This document shows positions 36,001-46,739 of a DNA stretch of 46,739 nt, piece after piece. The DNA is taken from the NCBI GenBank assembly GCA_018398765.1, contig JAHBMJ010000492.1, forward strand, positions 1 to 46,739, written 5' to 3'. Positions within the stretch are counted from its first letter, which is position 1, and each line of letters opens with the position of its first letter. This stretch comes from Chromera velia (lineage: Eukaryota). Below the pieces are notes generated by a model. That model made no database searches and was not told where the DNA came from. It saw only the letters and a list, made by a program, of their open reading frames with translations. A program made the translations under genes and the position numbers.

Positions 36001-37456
36001 GCGTTAGTCCAGTCCCCGAAAACGAAAGCCCCCGCGTATATCGCTTCCACTAGCCTGCACATTTCCGGTTTTTCAGAGAAAATCTAGGGTATGACACTTA
36101 AAAAAAAAAAAATATAATTTAATTATAAACCCTAGGGGTATGTGTCACTCTGATTAGCTATAACTCTAAAAAGTAGTTTTTTAAGGTTTTTAGGATGAAC
36201 TGACCTTATTTCTACGATAACACAACTTTTCAAATTAAATCTCATGACCTTTTATATATAGGAAAGTCAATTCGCCCTCTGAGGTTCGTAAACGTTCATG
36301 ACGTCGGTTTGCAAACCTAATCCCCCAACCTGACCAAACCAGTCTAAACCTGGTTCCAAATAGCTTTTGCATGAACACAGAGAAGATGCAAAGCAAACAT
36401 AACCTGGCATTTTACCAGGAAACATCAGACAAACCGATCATTCAATGGATGTAGGATAAACTTAAGAACACAAAAGCTGCCTTCATTCTTTCACACTTCA
36501 ACAGACTCCTCCAGAGGTACAATTTCCTTTTCAAACGCCTGGTTATGCCCGGTTAACTTACTCCAATTCTTTATTTTCAATTTATAAGCCGCCCTAGTAA
36601 GCCGCCATTAATGTTTAGTACAGTGTGAATCAAAAAAAATACTGCGCTGATTGGCACATCGTCTAAGCGTGGAGTATGAGAACGTCGCATCAGCATTAGT
36701 AAGCATTAGCATAAACATAGTGTAGCTCACCTCCCTCTGTTCATCAGCATCTTCATACGACACAAGAGGAGCATGAAACTTCGCATTTCCATCAATGTAG
36801 CCGATCTGAGAAAGACCGATGCTCTTGCTTTTCTTGGTAACAGGGTGAACGTCTTCAGGACACGTTTGAAAAGGTTTGGAAGGTTTAAGTCTGGTGTAAC
36901 CATGGTTTCTAAACCAATTCTAAACCTGACGTACCGAATGGGTTTTTAACTCATCTAAACCTACCCTAACCTACCCTAACCTTAGCCACTCAACCTTATT
37001 TTAGCGTTTTTAAAGCTTTTTTAGTAAATTAAGCTCCAAAAATATCTTTTAAAACATCAAAAATTTAAGTTTTTATTGAAAAACCTAACTTTAAACCTAG
37101 GGTACCCTCACAGAGTGTCAGACCCTAGGAGAAAATAAAAAAGGGTTTTTCGTCGTGCACTTTCTTGCCGTCTCGTATGACCGTCTCCTGCTTTACTGTC
37201 TGCTCTTTCTCCTCTCAGACGCCTTCCTTACTCGCAAATGAACGTTAAGCCGTCTCCCGTCTCGGGTTTTTTCATTCGTGCCCGACGCTTCTCGTTTCAG
37301 CCTTCGTACATGACGCAAGGCCTCGCCAAACGTTCCGCGTCTCCCAGGCACTGCCCCGCGTGCGGTACGTGCGCGCGTGCGCCGTTGGTTCCAGCTGAAC
37401 CTGCGTTCTCGCTCCGATGAACGATTCTGTCTGGGCTTTGCGCGAACTCCCATTTC
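36001..37456. repeat. Split direct repeat A1, interrupted by a 1045-bp insertion
   Basis: 36001-36083 plus 37137-37456 reconstitute the 403-bp A2. Confidence 0.95.
36084..37128. mobile_element. Non-autonomous TIR DNA transposon (8-bp TSD, hAT-like) nested in A1
   Basis: 15-bp TIR CTAGGGT(A/C)TGACACT. TSD GAGAAAAT at 36076-36083 and 37129-37136. The empty site is visible in A2 (29126-29133). Confidence 0.92.
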
Positions 37457-38099
37457 GTTCGAAGATGTTATGCATGTACAAGGACTCCGCCTGGCTCTAG
37501 CTGTAGTGGTGTCAAGAAGTCGTGGTGATAGTGCGGCAGTGCTTACAGCACCAGGCTCTATAAATGGATTTGAAGGGATGTTGCAAAGTATTGAGAGTTC
37601 GTAGGGAGAACAGGCACTATTTCTGTGACTTACCAGTGTGCTGCGCTATTTGGCATGATCCGGCGGGTTCTGGCCCGTGTCTCTTCTTCCGGCTGTTCCC
37701 ACGCACATTCTGTATTGCCCCCGAATGTGCACTTACCGTAAGTCAGCGTTGGAAACATTCGTTTCGTCCAGCCGGTGTTGCTCAGTCTGTCTCCTTCTGA
37801 TAGCCGTCTTTCTGGACGCATGCCCGTCTATTTGTCAAAGACCGATGCCAGAGCCGTCCTGCCACTTTTATTTCTCTGCGGGGTAAATATCGGCCTCACA
37901 GGCTTCCTTTTTTTGTTGTAGCTCTGATCCTTTGAGTTCTGTCCATAACTCTGTCTATTAGCGCGTCTGGGAATTAAGAATCCGTTTGACTTTTACCTCT
38001 CGTCTACTTTTCATTGTCTCTTTCTCTCCGTCTGTCCCTGCAGACGCCGAGTCTTTTTTTCGACCAATTCGATTCAATTAGATCCTGTCAGTCACCTTG

Positions 38100-39283
38100 A
38101 TGCACTTCCTCTCTTGGTTCAACATTCAGACAGTCAGACAGTCACCAAGTCAGCATGTCAGCTCGGTGTCAACAGGAGAACTAGACACACCCCGAGACGA
38201 AGAGGCTGTCTGTCCCTATTCCTTTCATGTCCATATGGACATCTCGCGTCCGTGTACGGCACAGCTTGACTGGGGGTCGAATGCGCTCACATTGTTCTGT
38301 CGACTGCTGGCTTGAAGGGAGCCTGTGGAGACAAGGTGACATCGATATGCAACTTGTGTGCAGTGCGTGGCGGCTGGACGAAAAGAAGCGCGCGACGTCC
38401 TGAGACGTCACGACGACCCGGACCGGTCGTTGGAGGAGGTCCTCGGTCACCTGGAGGTAATTGACAGAGAGGGAGACGGAGAGGGGGGGGGGGCAGAAGG
38501 CGCAGAGAGGCTGTCACCTGAATTCAGGCCTGCGGATTTTCCGCTGCTGTGCAGACTCAAGAGACCCGGGCCCCCCGTTGATCCGGGGCCCTCCAAATGG
38601 TCTAACCATGGGCAGTTGGTAATCCAGTCAGACCCCGTGTGGTCTCAAGACGGGCACGGGGGTGTCAGGATGCTCATGGAGGGAGGGGGGGATTCAGAAG
38701 CATCGAGACTCTTCCGCGTTGCTGCAGTCAAACTGTTTGAGTCAGTCAGTCAGTCAGTCAGTCAGTCACTCACTCAGTCAGTCGGTCAGTCCGGGGGAGA
38801 GTCAGGTGGTCGTGCAACCATTCATTCAAGCAAGAGTCCAAAGAAAGAACTCAATGAATGTACCGGACCGAGGTGTCCCTCCTGCATTCGTCCACTGACT
38901 CTTGCTCGATACTCGGCCTCCATTCTTCAAAACAGGTGCGAGTAGAACGAGCTCGGTGTCCGTTTTTGTTGTCCCGTCGCACCCACGTCACAGCCATTCA
39001 TTTTGTAGGCGACAGAGACGAAATCCCTCTTTGACTCCTCCCTCCCCTCCACCACACCGTCCAATGCCTGCCTGCCACTCCCCCCCTCGATCGATCGATC
39101 GATCGGATGAAAATGGCCATAAATAAATACGTGCAGAAGGGGGAGGCTGGGAGAAGCATTCGAACACGCAGTGAGGGCGTACAGGTCAGCCTTCCATCTG
39201 TCTATCTACTCAGCCTTCCTTCCGTCACACCGCCATTTCCCTTTCGATCTTCTCTCTCTCTCTCTCTCTTTTCTCTCTCTCTC

Positions 39284-39318
<35 letters not shown>

Positions 39319-40160
39319 CCCTCCCTCTCTCTGCATCTGACGGAACAGACACAAGTGAGACCAGAAAAAGATGCAGCAGGACAGAGGAAAGGGTGGAAGG
39401 AAGAAAGAGTCACGGGAACGAAGAAGACAGAAATGTTGGTGAGCCAAGAAACGAATCCAGAGGAATGGAAGTGTACGCGAGTTTTTCTAGATTCTGCCCA
39501 AGGAGAGAGTGAGTGTGCAAATCCGTTCGAAAATGGGTGAGTGCATGAGGGACAGAGCAGCGAACGACCACCTGAATGAATGAATGAATGAGTGAATGAG
39601 CAAATGCAGACTCGAGCTGGAAACTTCAATGGAGCGCTTTGGCCCCGACTGTGGAGGTCCCAGCGGATCTGGTTGTGGCCCTGCTCCTCTTTCCAGGGGT
39701 CTGCTGGAGAGCCTCATAGTCCTCGCAGGTCCGTCCGTCAGTCTGTCCGGAGGGTGAAGGAGACAGAACTTCTCAAGAGCAAAGATGGCGGTTTGAGTTC
39801 GGCAAGACAGCAGGTCCGCGTGTCTGATTGTGTCAGGAGATGCGGACTTCATGCCTCCTTCTGGGTTGCCGCGTGCGGGTGTGAATATGAATTGACACTT
39901 TTTCTCTTCAGAGGAGCCCCAGGTTTCTCTCGTTCTACTTTGTCCCCCCGTATCCTTCTTTCCTCGTGTGTGTATGTGTATGTGTGCGTCTGTGTGTGAG
40001 AGAGAGAATTTGGAGGGCGTGCGTCTGAGTGTGCCACATGCAGGACCTCTTCACCCCGCCTCTCAAGAAGCGAGGGCCCGACTGGAATTCCTGGTTCGTC
40101 TTATCTCTCCCTCTACCCCTTCTTTCTTTCTTTCTTTCTTTTCTTTTCTTTTCTTTTCTC

Positions 40161-40191
<31 letters not shown>

Positions 40192-41650
40192 TCGTTCTTT
40201 CGTTCTTTCTTTTTTTCTTTCTTTCTTTTCTTTTCTTTTCTTTTTTCTTTCTTTTTTTCCCTTTATTTCTCGCTCCATCCCTCTGCTACCTCTCTTTCTT
40301 TCGCTCTGTTTCTTTCCTAGTCCGTTCTTTTCTTTCCCTCTTTTCTGTCTCTGTTTTAGAAGTTGCTGGGAGATTGAAGCGAGTTGCTGGGAGGTTCAAG
40401 GAAGTTGCTGGGAGGTTCAAGCAAGTTTTCTGTTTCCTTTTTTTCGTCTCCTATGTCTGTCTGTCTGTCTGTCTGTCTGTCTGCCTCTCTCTCTCTCTTT
40501 TTCTTTTTTGCTTTGTTTCTTTGTTTGTTTGTTCTGTTTCCCTATTGTTATCCTTCTGGCTTTCTTTCTTCTACCCTTTCTTGCTTGCGCGCTTGATCGC
40601 TTTGTTGCTCGGGTGCTCTCTCGGTCTTACTCCTGGCTTGTGCACATGGGTCTCTCTCGCTTTGTCAGTTTATGTGCGAACATTTTGTTGTAAACTTGTA
40701 TGGCTCTCTGCCATACTTTGTTTTGCCCCAGCATTTCTCCCCCCCAACCGCTCTCATTCTTTGCTCCATCCTTGTTTCTTTGCTGTTCCACCCCTCCAGT
40801 TCTCCACAGATAAGTGGCGGAAAGTGTTCGTGTTCAAAAAGAGTATCGGCACCTTCGGAGGAAAACCACGGACGGTCAGCCACGCCACCCGATTCTTTCG
40901 GAGCTCGGCTGAGCTCATCAGCGAGACAGGCAGACAGGCAGGAATAAGGAAGAATGCTGCAGAATAACTATCCCTCCTGGTCTTCTGTCATGCTGCGTAA
41001 TTTCACACCTCATGCATTCATTCATCAAGCAGACTGATTTCAAACACTTCTGTGGCCCGCATTCTTTCTCTTTTCTCCTTGGCTTATCTGTCTTTTGTCA
41101 GTCAAGTTTGTGTCATGCCGTTCGTTCTTCGGGAATCTGGAGAACTCTGACCAGATGGCTAGGAGAGAAAAATGTCCTTCTTCGTGGTCCCAGGCTTGTT
41201 TTCAAATCGAATGGGCTTCTTGATCGCATTGAATCTTCCCCCAAAATGATCGGAGTTTCCGTTTGGCTTCAAACTTTTGCTGGTTCTCCATGTGCACGTA
41301 TGCGTATGTGTATGTGCATGCGGGTGCAGAAGAAAGGGCACCCCTACGTGTGGAAGTGGAAAGGCCCCGAGTGGAAACCTCCATGGGCCAACAAGTATAC
41401 AAAGTGGAACGGGTAGGCAAGAAGAGAGGTTTAGGGGGATACATATCAGAGGGTACACGGGGACTACTGTGCATGGTTCTTTTTACGTTTGTTCGTTGTT
41501 TTGTTTGAAAGGATGCATCCTTCTCTGCATGTGTGATTCATATCGGATTTCCGCAGGCTGGTTCAGACTTACAATGTGCTCCCCCTGCCCCTCCCCCTTC
41601 CTCATTCTAAATACATACAAAACTCTTCGTATTGCCCAACAGACTGAAAA
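38100..41650 (+). other. Possible fragmented or pseudogenised multi-exon gene
   Basis: Exon-like blocks bounded by splice signals (for example 40810-40930 DKWRKVFVFKKSIG and 41329-41411 KKGHPYVWKWKGPEWKPPWANKYTKWNG) sit between microsatellite-rich spacers. No coherent model or family. Confidence 0.3.
40359..40427. repeat. 21-bp minisatellite, ~3 copies
   Basis: GAAGTTGCTGGGAGGTTCAAG-like units in tandem. Confidence 0.8.
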
Positions 41651-42059
41651 TTGCGAATGGCAATTTAGGCAACAGATGAAAAGGGGAAAGACAAGAGACT
41701 CATCATGCATTGCTTTGCGCAGATGGCAACGAGCCGAATATGGTTGGGACAGGTCGTACGATGCGACGAACCAGTTTGAGAGGGACGAGGAAGAAGAAGG
41801 GGAAATTCAACAGAGCCTTGGAAAAGAAAAGTGACTCTAAATTGCACTCTTGTATTTGTATCAACTGTAGGGAATGGTAGAGAATTCACTTTATAATCTT
41901 TATTGAAGCATACAGTAAGGCAGCGTAGGTCATCCATTCGATCATGCAAGTCTTGGAAATGTACTAAGTGTAGATGTCCCGCGCTGCCGCCCCTGCGTAG
42001 CGCGGGGCCAGTGCTCGCAATTAAGTATTTAAATTTCGTTAAAGAGTTCCGCTACCGAG

Positions 42060-43261
42060 TAGGGCTTAGAAAAGGTGCACCTCAGAAAAGGTGCAAACCA
42101 AGAAGCTGCACCAGATACACCTGTTTTGCACCAGATGCACCTGATACACCTGTTTTGCACCTGATTGAATGGAATTGGGTGAAAAGTGTCAGCGTCATGG
42201 CCATTTAACGCACCATGGCCCCGCCCCCACGGCTCCCCGCGGCCCATGCATGCAAGCGTGTTACTGGGCCGTGGTATGCACGGAAGAAGGCCTATTAGCC
42301 GAATTTAAAATAAAAATCGGCTAAATACAGGGCCGGTGATAATCCGGGTCATTGAATGTGAAACCAAAAGACAAAGCCAAAGCCCCCCTTCCATCCGCCC
42401 GCATCAGACCCGAGGAATTTCTGGGAAGAAAGACGACATACTGACGTTGGTTTTCAAGTGGGACTTCGAGTGGGAGAAAGTCTATGAGAGGTCTGCTTTT
42501 TCTTCTTCTTCTCCTTTGTCTTCCTTTTCTTCCTGTTCTTCCTCCTCTATTGTCGGTTTGGGGTGGGGTGGGGGGGTGAGTGAAGACGATAGCCAGGTTA
42601 TGATGGGGTTGGGCTCTTACCCTTTGAGATCAGACCCTCACTTGCATGTACATGCCCTTGCTCAGAGAAGAAATGCAAATCAAGATTAAAAATTGCTTTT
42701 GTTTCATTCTTTCTTCTTTTCTTTCTCATGAAACTATACCATTTGTCGTTGTTTTCTTTATGAGTTTGCTTCAAAGGGGTATGCATGCAGTAATATTGCA
42801 GTTTGAAGGTTTTATGGACCATAGGGACAGAACTGGACTACAGTACAGCACGCAAACAGCACCAAACATATTCAAATACTGTAAATCCATGCAGGAAAAA
42901 CATTGGGCAGGTCAAAAACGTTGCTTAAACTGGCCCATAAAGAGATGAAGTCATGAGACAATTGGAGACATGTTCTTTAATTGGAGTAAAAAACTTTTTT
43001 TTACCTGTCGTCGCCTTTTTGCTCACATTTTAGGCTGTTTTATATAATAAAAGTTTGTGTAGCTAATTTATATCATAAAAAGCTCTTAGGCCTTGAATAA
43101 GGCACCTTTTGGCCGCTAGAAACACTAGAAATCAGCCCTAGAAATCTAGTTTTTATAAGGTAAAGGGTGCATCTTATTTTGCACCTGTTTTACACCTGAT
43201 TTAAAGTGCAAACTTATTTTTGCACCAGCACCAGCACCTTATGCACCTTTTCTCAGCCTTA
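42060..43261. mobile_element. Non-autonomous hAT-like DNA transposon
   Basis: 20-bp TIR TAGGGCTTAGAAAAGGTGCA / TAAGGCTGAGAAAAGGTGCA (18/20). Perfect 8-bp TSD CTACCGAG at 42052-42059 and 43262-43269. Many subterminal TGCACC motifs at both ends. Confidence 0.9.
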
Positions 43262-43710
43262 CTACCGAGTTATACAGAATCATACTAAATAATCTATCGT
43301 CTGACTTGAATTATATAATGTGTTGTAACTTAGGTTTTGATATTATCCTGCAAATTTAAAGCATTTGATTGATTAATTTAACCTTAGTAATTCAAAGTAA
43401 TTTAGCTTAGTAATTTAAAACAATTTGGAGTATTTTAAAGTAGTAGTAATTTAAATCTAGAAAAGTAACTTGAAACTTTATGAAGGAAGTTCGGGTAATT
43501 AACTTTGTGTAAACCTTCAATTTTAGCCAATAGTTTTACGGCATATTTTAATTATAAAAAAATTAATATTTAAAATTATAGAGTTTAGGGGGTTTAGACT
43601 CTTTAGCTATATGGAGATTAAACTTGCTACACAGCTTTGGTTTCATTAGTTTTAAGCTTCCTATAGCAATAATAGTATTTTGGATAGCATTAATAGTTTT
43701 TAGGCTAGTT

Positions 43711-43994
43711 TTTAGGTGTGATCTGTAAAGTTTTAAAGTGAAATAAAGTTTAAAGTCCGGTTTGAGTCTGTGAACTCTAAAACATAACTTTTGAAACGCA
43801 TTTTAAAAATCTTTTAACATTATTTAACGTACATACATGCATTGAAAAATGTTTTAAAATGTTAAACAATCCAAAATAACACATCAATGTGTTCAAACCT
43901 TTTATTATTAAAGTTTTTAAACCAGAGAAGTTTTAAAGTCTAAAGTTTATGGTCAGGCCTCATTATAAAAATATTTTTACAGATCACACCTAAA
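43711..43994. mobile_element. Small MITE-like element with 19-bp terminal inverted repeat
   Basis: TTTAGGTGTGATCTGTAAA ... TTTACAGATCACACCTAAA. The TSD is ambiguous (CTAGTT on both sides, or TA). Confidence 0.65.
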
Positions 43995-44737
43995 CTAGTT
44001 TTTAGGGTCGATCAGACATGTTATACTCTAACCACTTAGGGCAATGTAATGTAACATATATAGGGTAAAAGTTGAGATACAATTTTATCCTTACTGTGAC
44101 TCTACTAATTGGGTACTATCGGGTACTACAGTTTTATCAAGATGCCCCTGGGACACCGCAGCTCTCCCTCTCTCCCCCCACTCAGTTCTGGATCTCCAAC
44201 CTCAGGTTCCTCTACATGGAAATGAAAAATTGAAGAACAGTTCATGAAAGTTTCTTTCAGACACTCATACATTGGGCGCATTGAACGTTTGAAGTCACCG
44301 CTTTCAGGTACAAACAGAGAAAGAAACTGAAAGAAACCATCTTGACTTTGTTAGGGAACCGAACATGTGATGAATCCTCGTTATTTTGCTTTGCTTTCTT
44401 TCTGCTCATCTTTATTCATACATGAACCTTTCTACCCTTCCGTCTTTGCTGTCTCTTCTCTTTTCTTCTCTTCTCTTCTTATCTTTTTTCTTGTTTTCTC
44501 TTCTCTTCTTTTCTCTTCTTTTCTCTTCTTTTCTTTCTTTCTTTCTTTCTTTCTTCCTTCCTTCCATCCATCCATCCCTCCTTTTTTCCTTTCTTCCTTC
44601 CTTCCTCCGCCTTTCCATGCTTCATTGCTTCGATCCTTCTTTTCTGTCTCTTCTCCTTTTGTAGGTAAAGAACTACAAAAATCATCTCAAAGACAGCTAA
44701 TGGCATCAAGCAATACAGAAGACTGAGAAAGTGCCAT

Positions 44738-45946
44738 TCATAATCTACCTTCAGGTATTTGTGCGATCGATGATACATCATGAATGCTCTTTGTGTTAAC
44801 CAGCTCGAGCGACCGAGCGCAACCTTTACTGACCGCAATCTTGAGAAGCTGCGCCTCGACCCACTCAAGGCAGGGTTGGTCCGACACAGGGAGGCGGTGG
44901 AGAAATCTGTACTGCTTCTCCTCAAAGGACAGGTTTGGCCTGGTCAGGCTGCATGCAAGTATATGGACAAGAAGTTTGAATAAACTAAGTGAGTCAGTGA
45001 GTTGTCAGATACAAAAGGACCTGACTGTTTATGCATGGTCTCTAACTCTTCATGGATTCATTCCTCGGCTCGACTGACCAGATTGCGATTTCCAGCAGTT
45101 GACGGGCCGCACCCTCCCGACCTGCCCATGCCACCGAAGGACCCCCGAAGTCGCAAAACTCGTCTCTGAGTTGTTGGTCAGAGTTTTGGCCGTTCGGCTG
45201 CAGAGATGATGCAACACATGTTTAATGCATTTCTATAAAAACCAAAGACATGCAGAGAAAGGAATAACAGACACACACACATGCATACACATTCAAATGT
45301 ATCCGATAGACAGGCAATGTAAGACAAAAGAAAAGGACCGTCGAACATCAAACAACAACGTTCATACAGTCAGACTCACCCCACGGATTTCCCAGTGAAT
45401 TGTTGTGCCCAACGCATCACAAACATCGAAAATGAGGGCCTCCCTACGAAGAACAGACAGGATGAAGGCCCTGAGAGCCCAAAGGTCCGGCCGATCATCT
45501 ATCAGCCATACGAGGGACATGACGCCTCCCTCCACTGAGGGTTCTGCATACTGTGAGTGAATGTGCTCATGAACGAATGAGTTGAGGTTGTTGAGCCAAC
45601 AAGAAAGTTAGAAAATGAGGGAATCAATTGAACCAAAAGAAATGGAAAACAAACTTCATGCACACTGCTTTAGAACAAACGCTCTAACTGAAATCATGAG
45701 AGCAAAAAGAATGCACGGAAAAAAATAGTTTCTATTTCTGACTTAGTCTGTCTCCGAGGTTTCCGCCTTTGTACCACGGTGAGAGGATCGCCTTACTACC
45801 TGGGGCTTCGCAGACTCTAAGGGTTTGGATTACATTTTCCCCCCCTCCGTCCCTCCTCCTCACCCTCTCAACCTGCCTGGCCATTCTGATTTCCCGGTCC
45901 AGTGCATCAGGCTGACTTTTCAGGCACAGCTTCATTGCAAACCATG
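44738..45946 (-). pseudogene. Protein kinase-like pseudogene (N-lobe and late C-lobe exons only)
   Basis: Exon 45946-45743: WFAMKL, DREIRM, NVIQTL, ILSPWYKGGNL (subdomains II-V). Exon ~45551-45380: YAEP...DLWALRAFILSVL (VIII-IX-like) with an in-frame TGA. No HRD or activation-loop DFG exon lies between them. Confidence 0.55.
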
Positions 45947-46739
45947 CTACACGCAGAAGACAGAGGAAGAGGGAGGAGAAGGCAGAAGGAACAGTTACTG
46001 AGATATAGAACATCTTTTCTGTAGTTAACAGGTCTGCCTATCATGTCTTCCATTTCATCTTATAAAATCCTCGACATGCACCAACTTCTAAGTTTATGGG
46101 TGCATATTGGGTTTTCCGGACTTTTTAGTCACGCTTACATTCAAACATGCCCAAACACATCCACAAATCACGAAGAACTCTAACAGTCATTCGTTCTTGT
46201 ATTGGCAGGACCGTAGTATATATAAGCCGAGGAAGAGTCCGGTGTGTGGTTCTTTTGTGAGCACCTTTGCATGTGAGTCTTTCAGTTCAGAAGTATACCC
46301 CGAGACAGAGAGACCATGAAGCCATTGAAATCTTTCCTTCCTTTCTTCCTCCTTGATTCCTTCCGTCCATTCTTTCTTGCTTCCTGTATTCCTGTTTTCC
46401 TTTCTTTTTTTGCTGCTTGCTCCTTCTCTTCTTTCTTGCTATCTTCCTGCGTTCCCTCCTTTCCTCCTTCTTTTCTTTGTGTTGCCTTGCCTGCCTGCAG
46501 AAAGTAATCTAGTCTGTCTGTCCTGTCTGGCTATAGAGTCTGTATCTAAAAGAGAGAGAGACAGGGACAAACAGAGAGAGAGAGAAAGAGAGAGAGAGAG
46601 AGCAGAAAAATTGATGAGGGAAAGGAATGCTCTGAGTGATTGTTTGATTTTATACAGTAAAATGGCAGCTGCTGATTTGATTGTTTCGTTTTGTGCGCAG
46701 GTGGTTCATTGCGCTTTTTCTTTCTTTCTTTTTTTCTTC

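Larger units (their letters stand above)
28770..37456 (-). mobile_element. Full-length tyrosine-recombinase retrotransposon (DIRS order, PAT/Ngaro-type split direct repeats), inactivated
   Basis: Order on the minus strand: A1 (37456-36001, interrupted), gag-like, RT-RNaseH-MT-like, YR, B1 (29621-29451), A2 (29453-29051), spacer, B2 (28940-28770). Both ends and the internal B1/A2 junction share TTC. Confidence 0.93.

Noticed and set aside
36954..36985. Telomere-like CCCTAA units
   Set aside because: Only 2-3 imperfect units, lying inside a transposon subterminal region.
39968..40967. Phe/Leu/Ser-rich membrane-protein-like ORFs
   Set aside because: Derived from (TTTC)n and other pyrimidine tracts typical of introns in this window.
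41978..42010. GC hairpin CCCGCGCT...AGCGCGGG as a Helitron 3' end
   Set aside because: No CTRR terminus at the expected distance and no identifiable 5' end.

Overview
Eukaryotic, intron-rich genomic DNA with GT-AG introns, dense microsatellites and frequent TGCATG(CA) motifs. The style suggests an alveolate, possibly a chromerid, but that is inference. GC-rich gene blocks alternate with AT/TpA-rich blocks of decayed transposons. Supported genes: a 5'-truncated tandem-KH protein, a putative multi-exon membrane protein, a 7-exon bacterial type I-like sulfide:quinone oxidoreductase (SQR) with an N-terminal signal peptide, a divergently transcribed 6-exon secreted transglutaminase-like protein, an intronless FIBP homologue with a large low-complexity insert, and a kinase pseudogene. 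Positions 28770-37456 hold a full-length but inactivated tyrosine-recombinase retrotransposon (PAT/Ngaro-type split direct repeats A1-gag-RT/RH/MT-YR-B1-A2-B2, with a TTC junction core) carrying a nested DNA transposon. Three non-autonomous DNA elements with 8-bp TSDs and a TA-flanked foldback MITE are also resolvable. The most striking signal is that all 20 differences I could count between the retroelement's paired repeats are C/T or G/A transitions, half of them outside CpG. Its pol and YR frames are broken by point-mutation stops rather than indels. This looks like repeat-targeted, RIP-like hypermutation in a genome that does not look fungal. All alignments and counts were done by eye.
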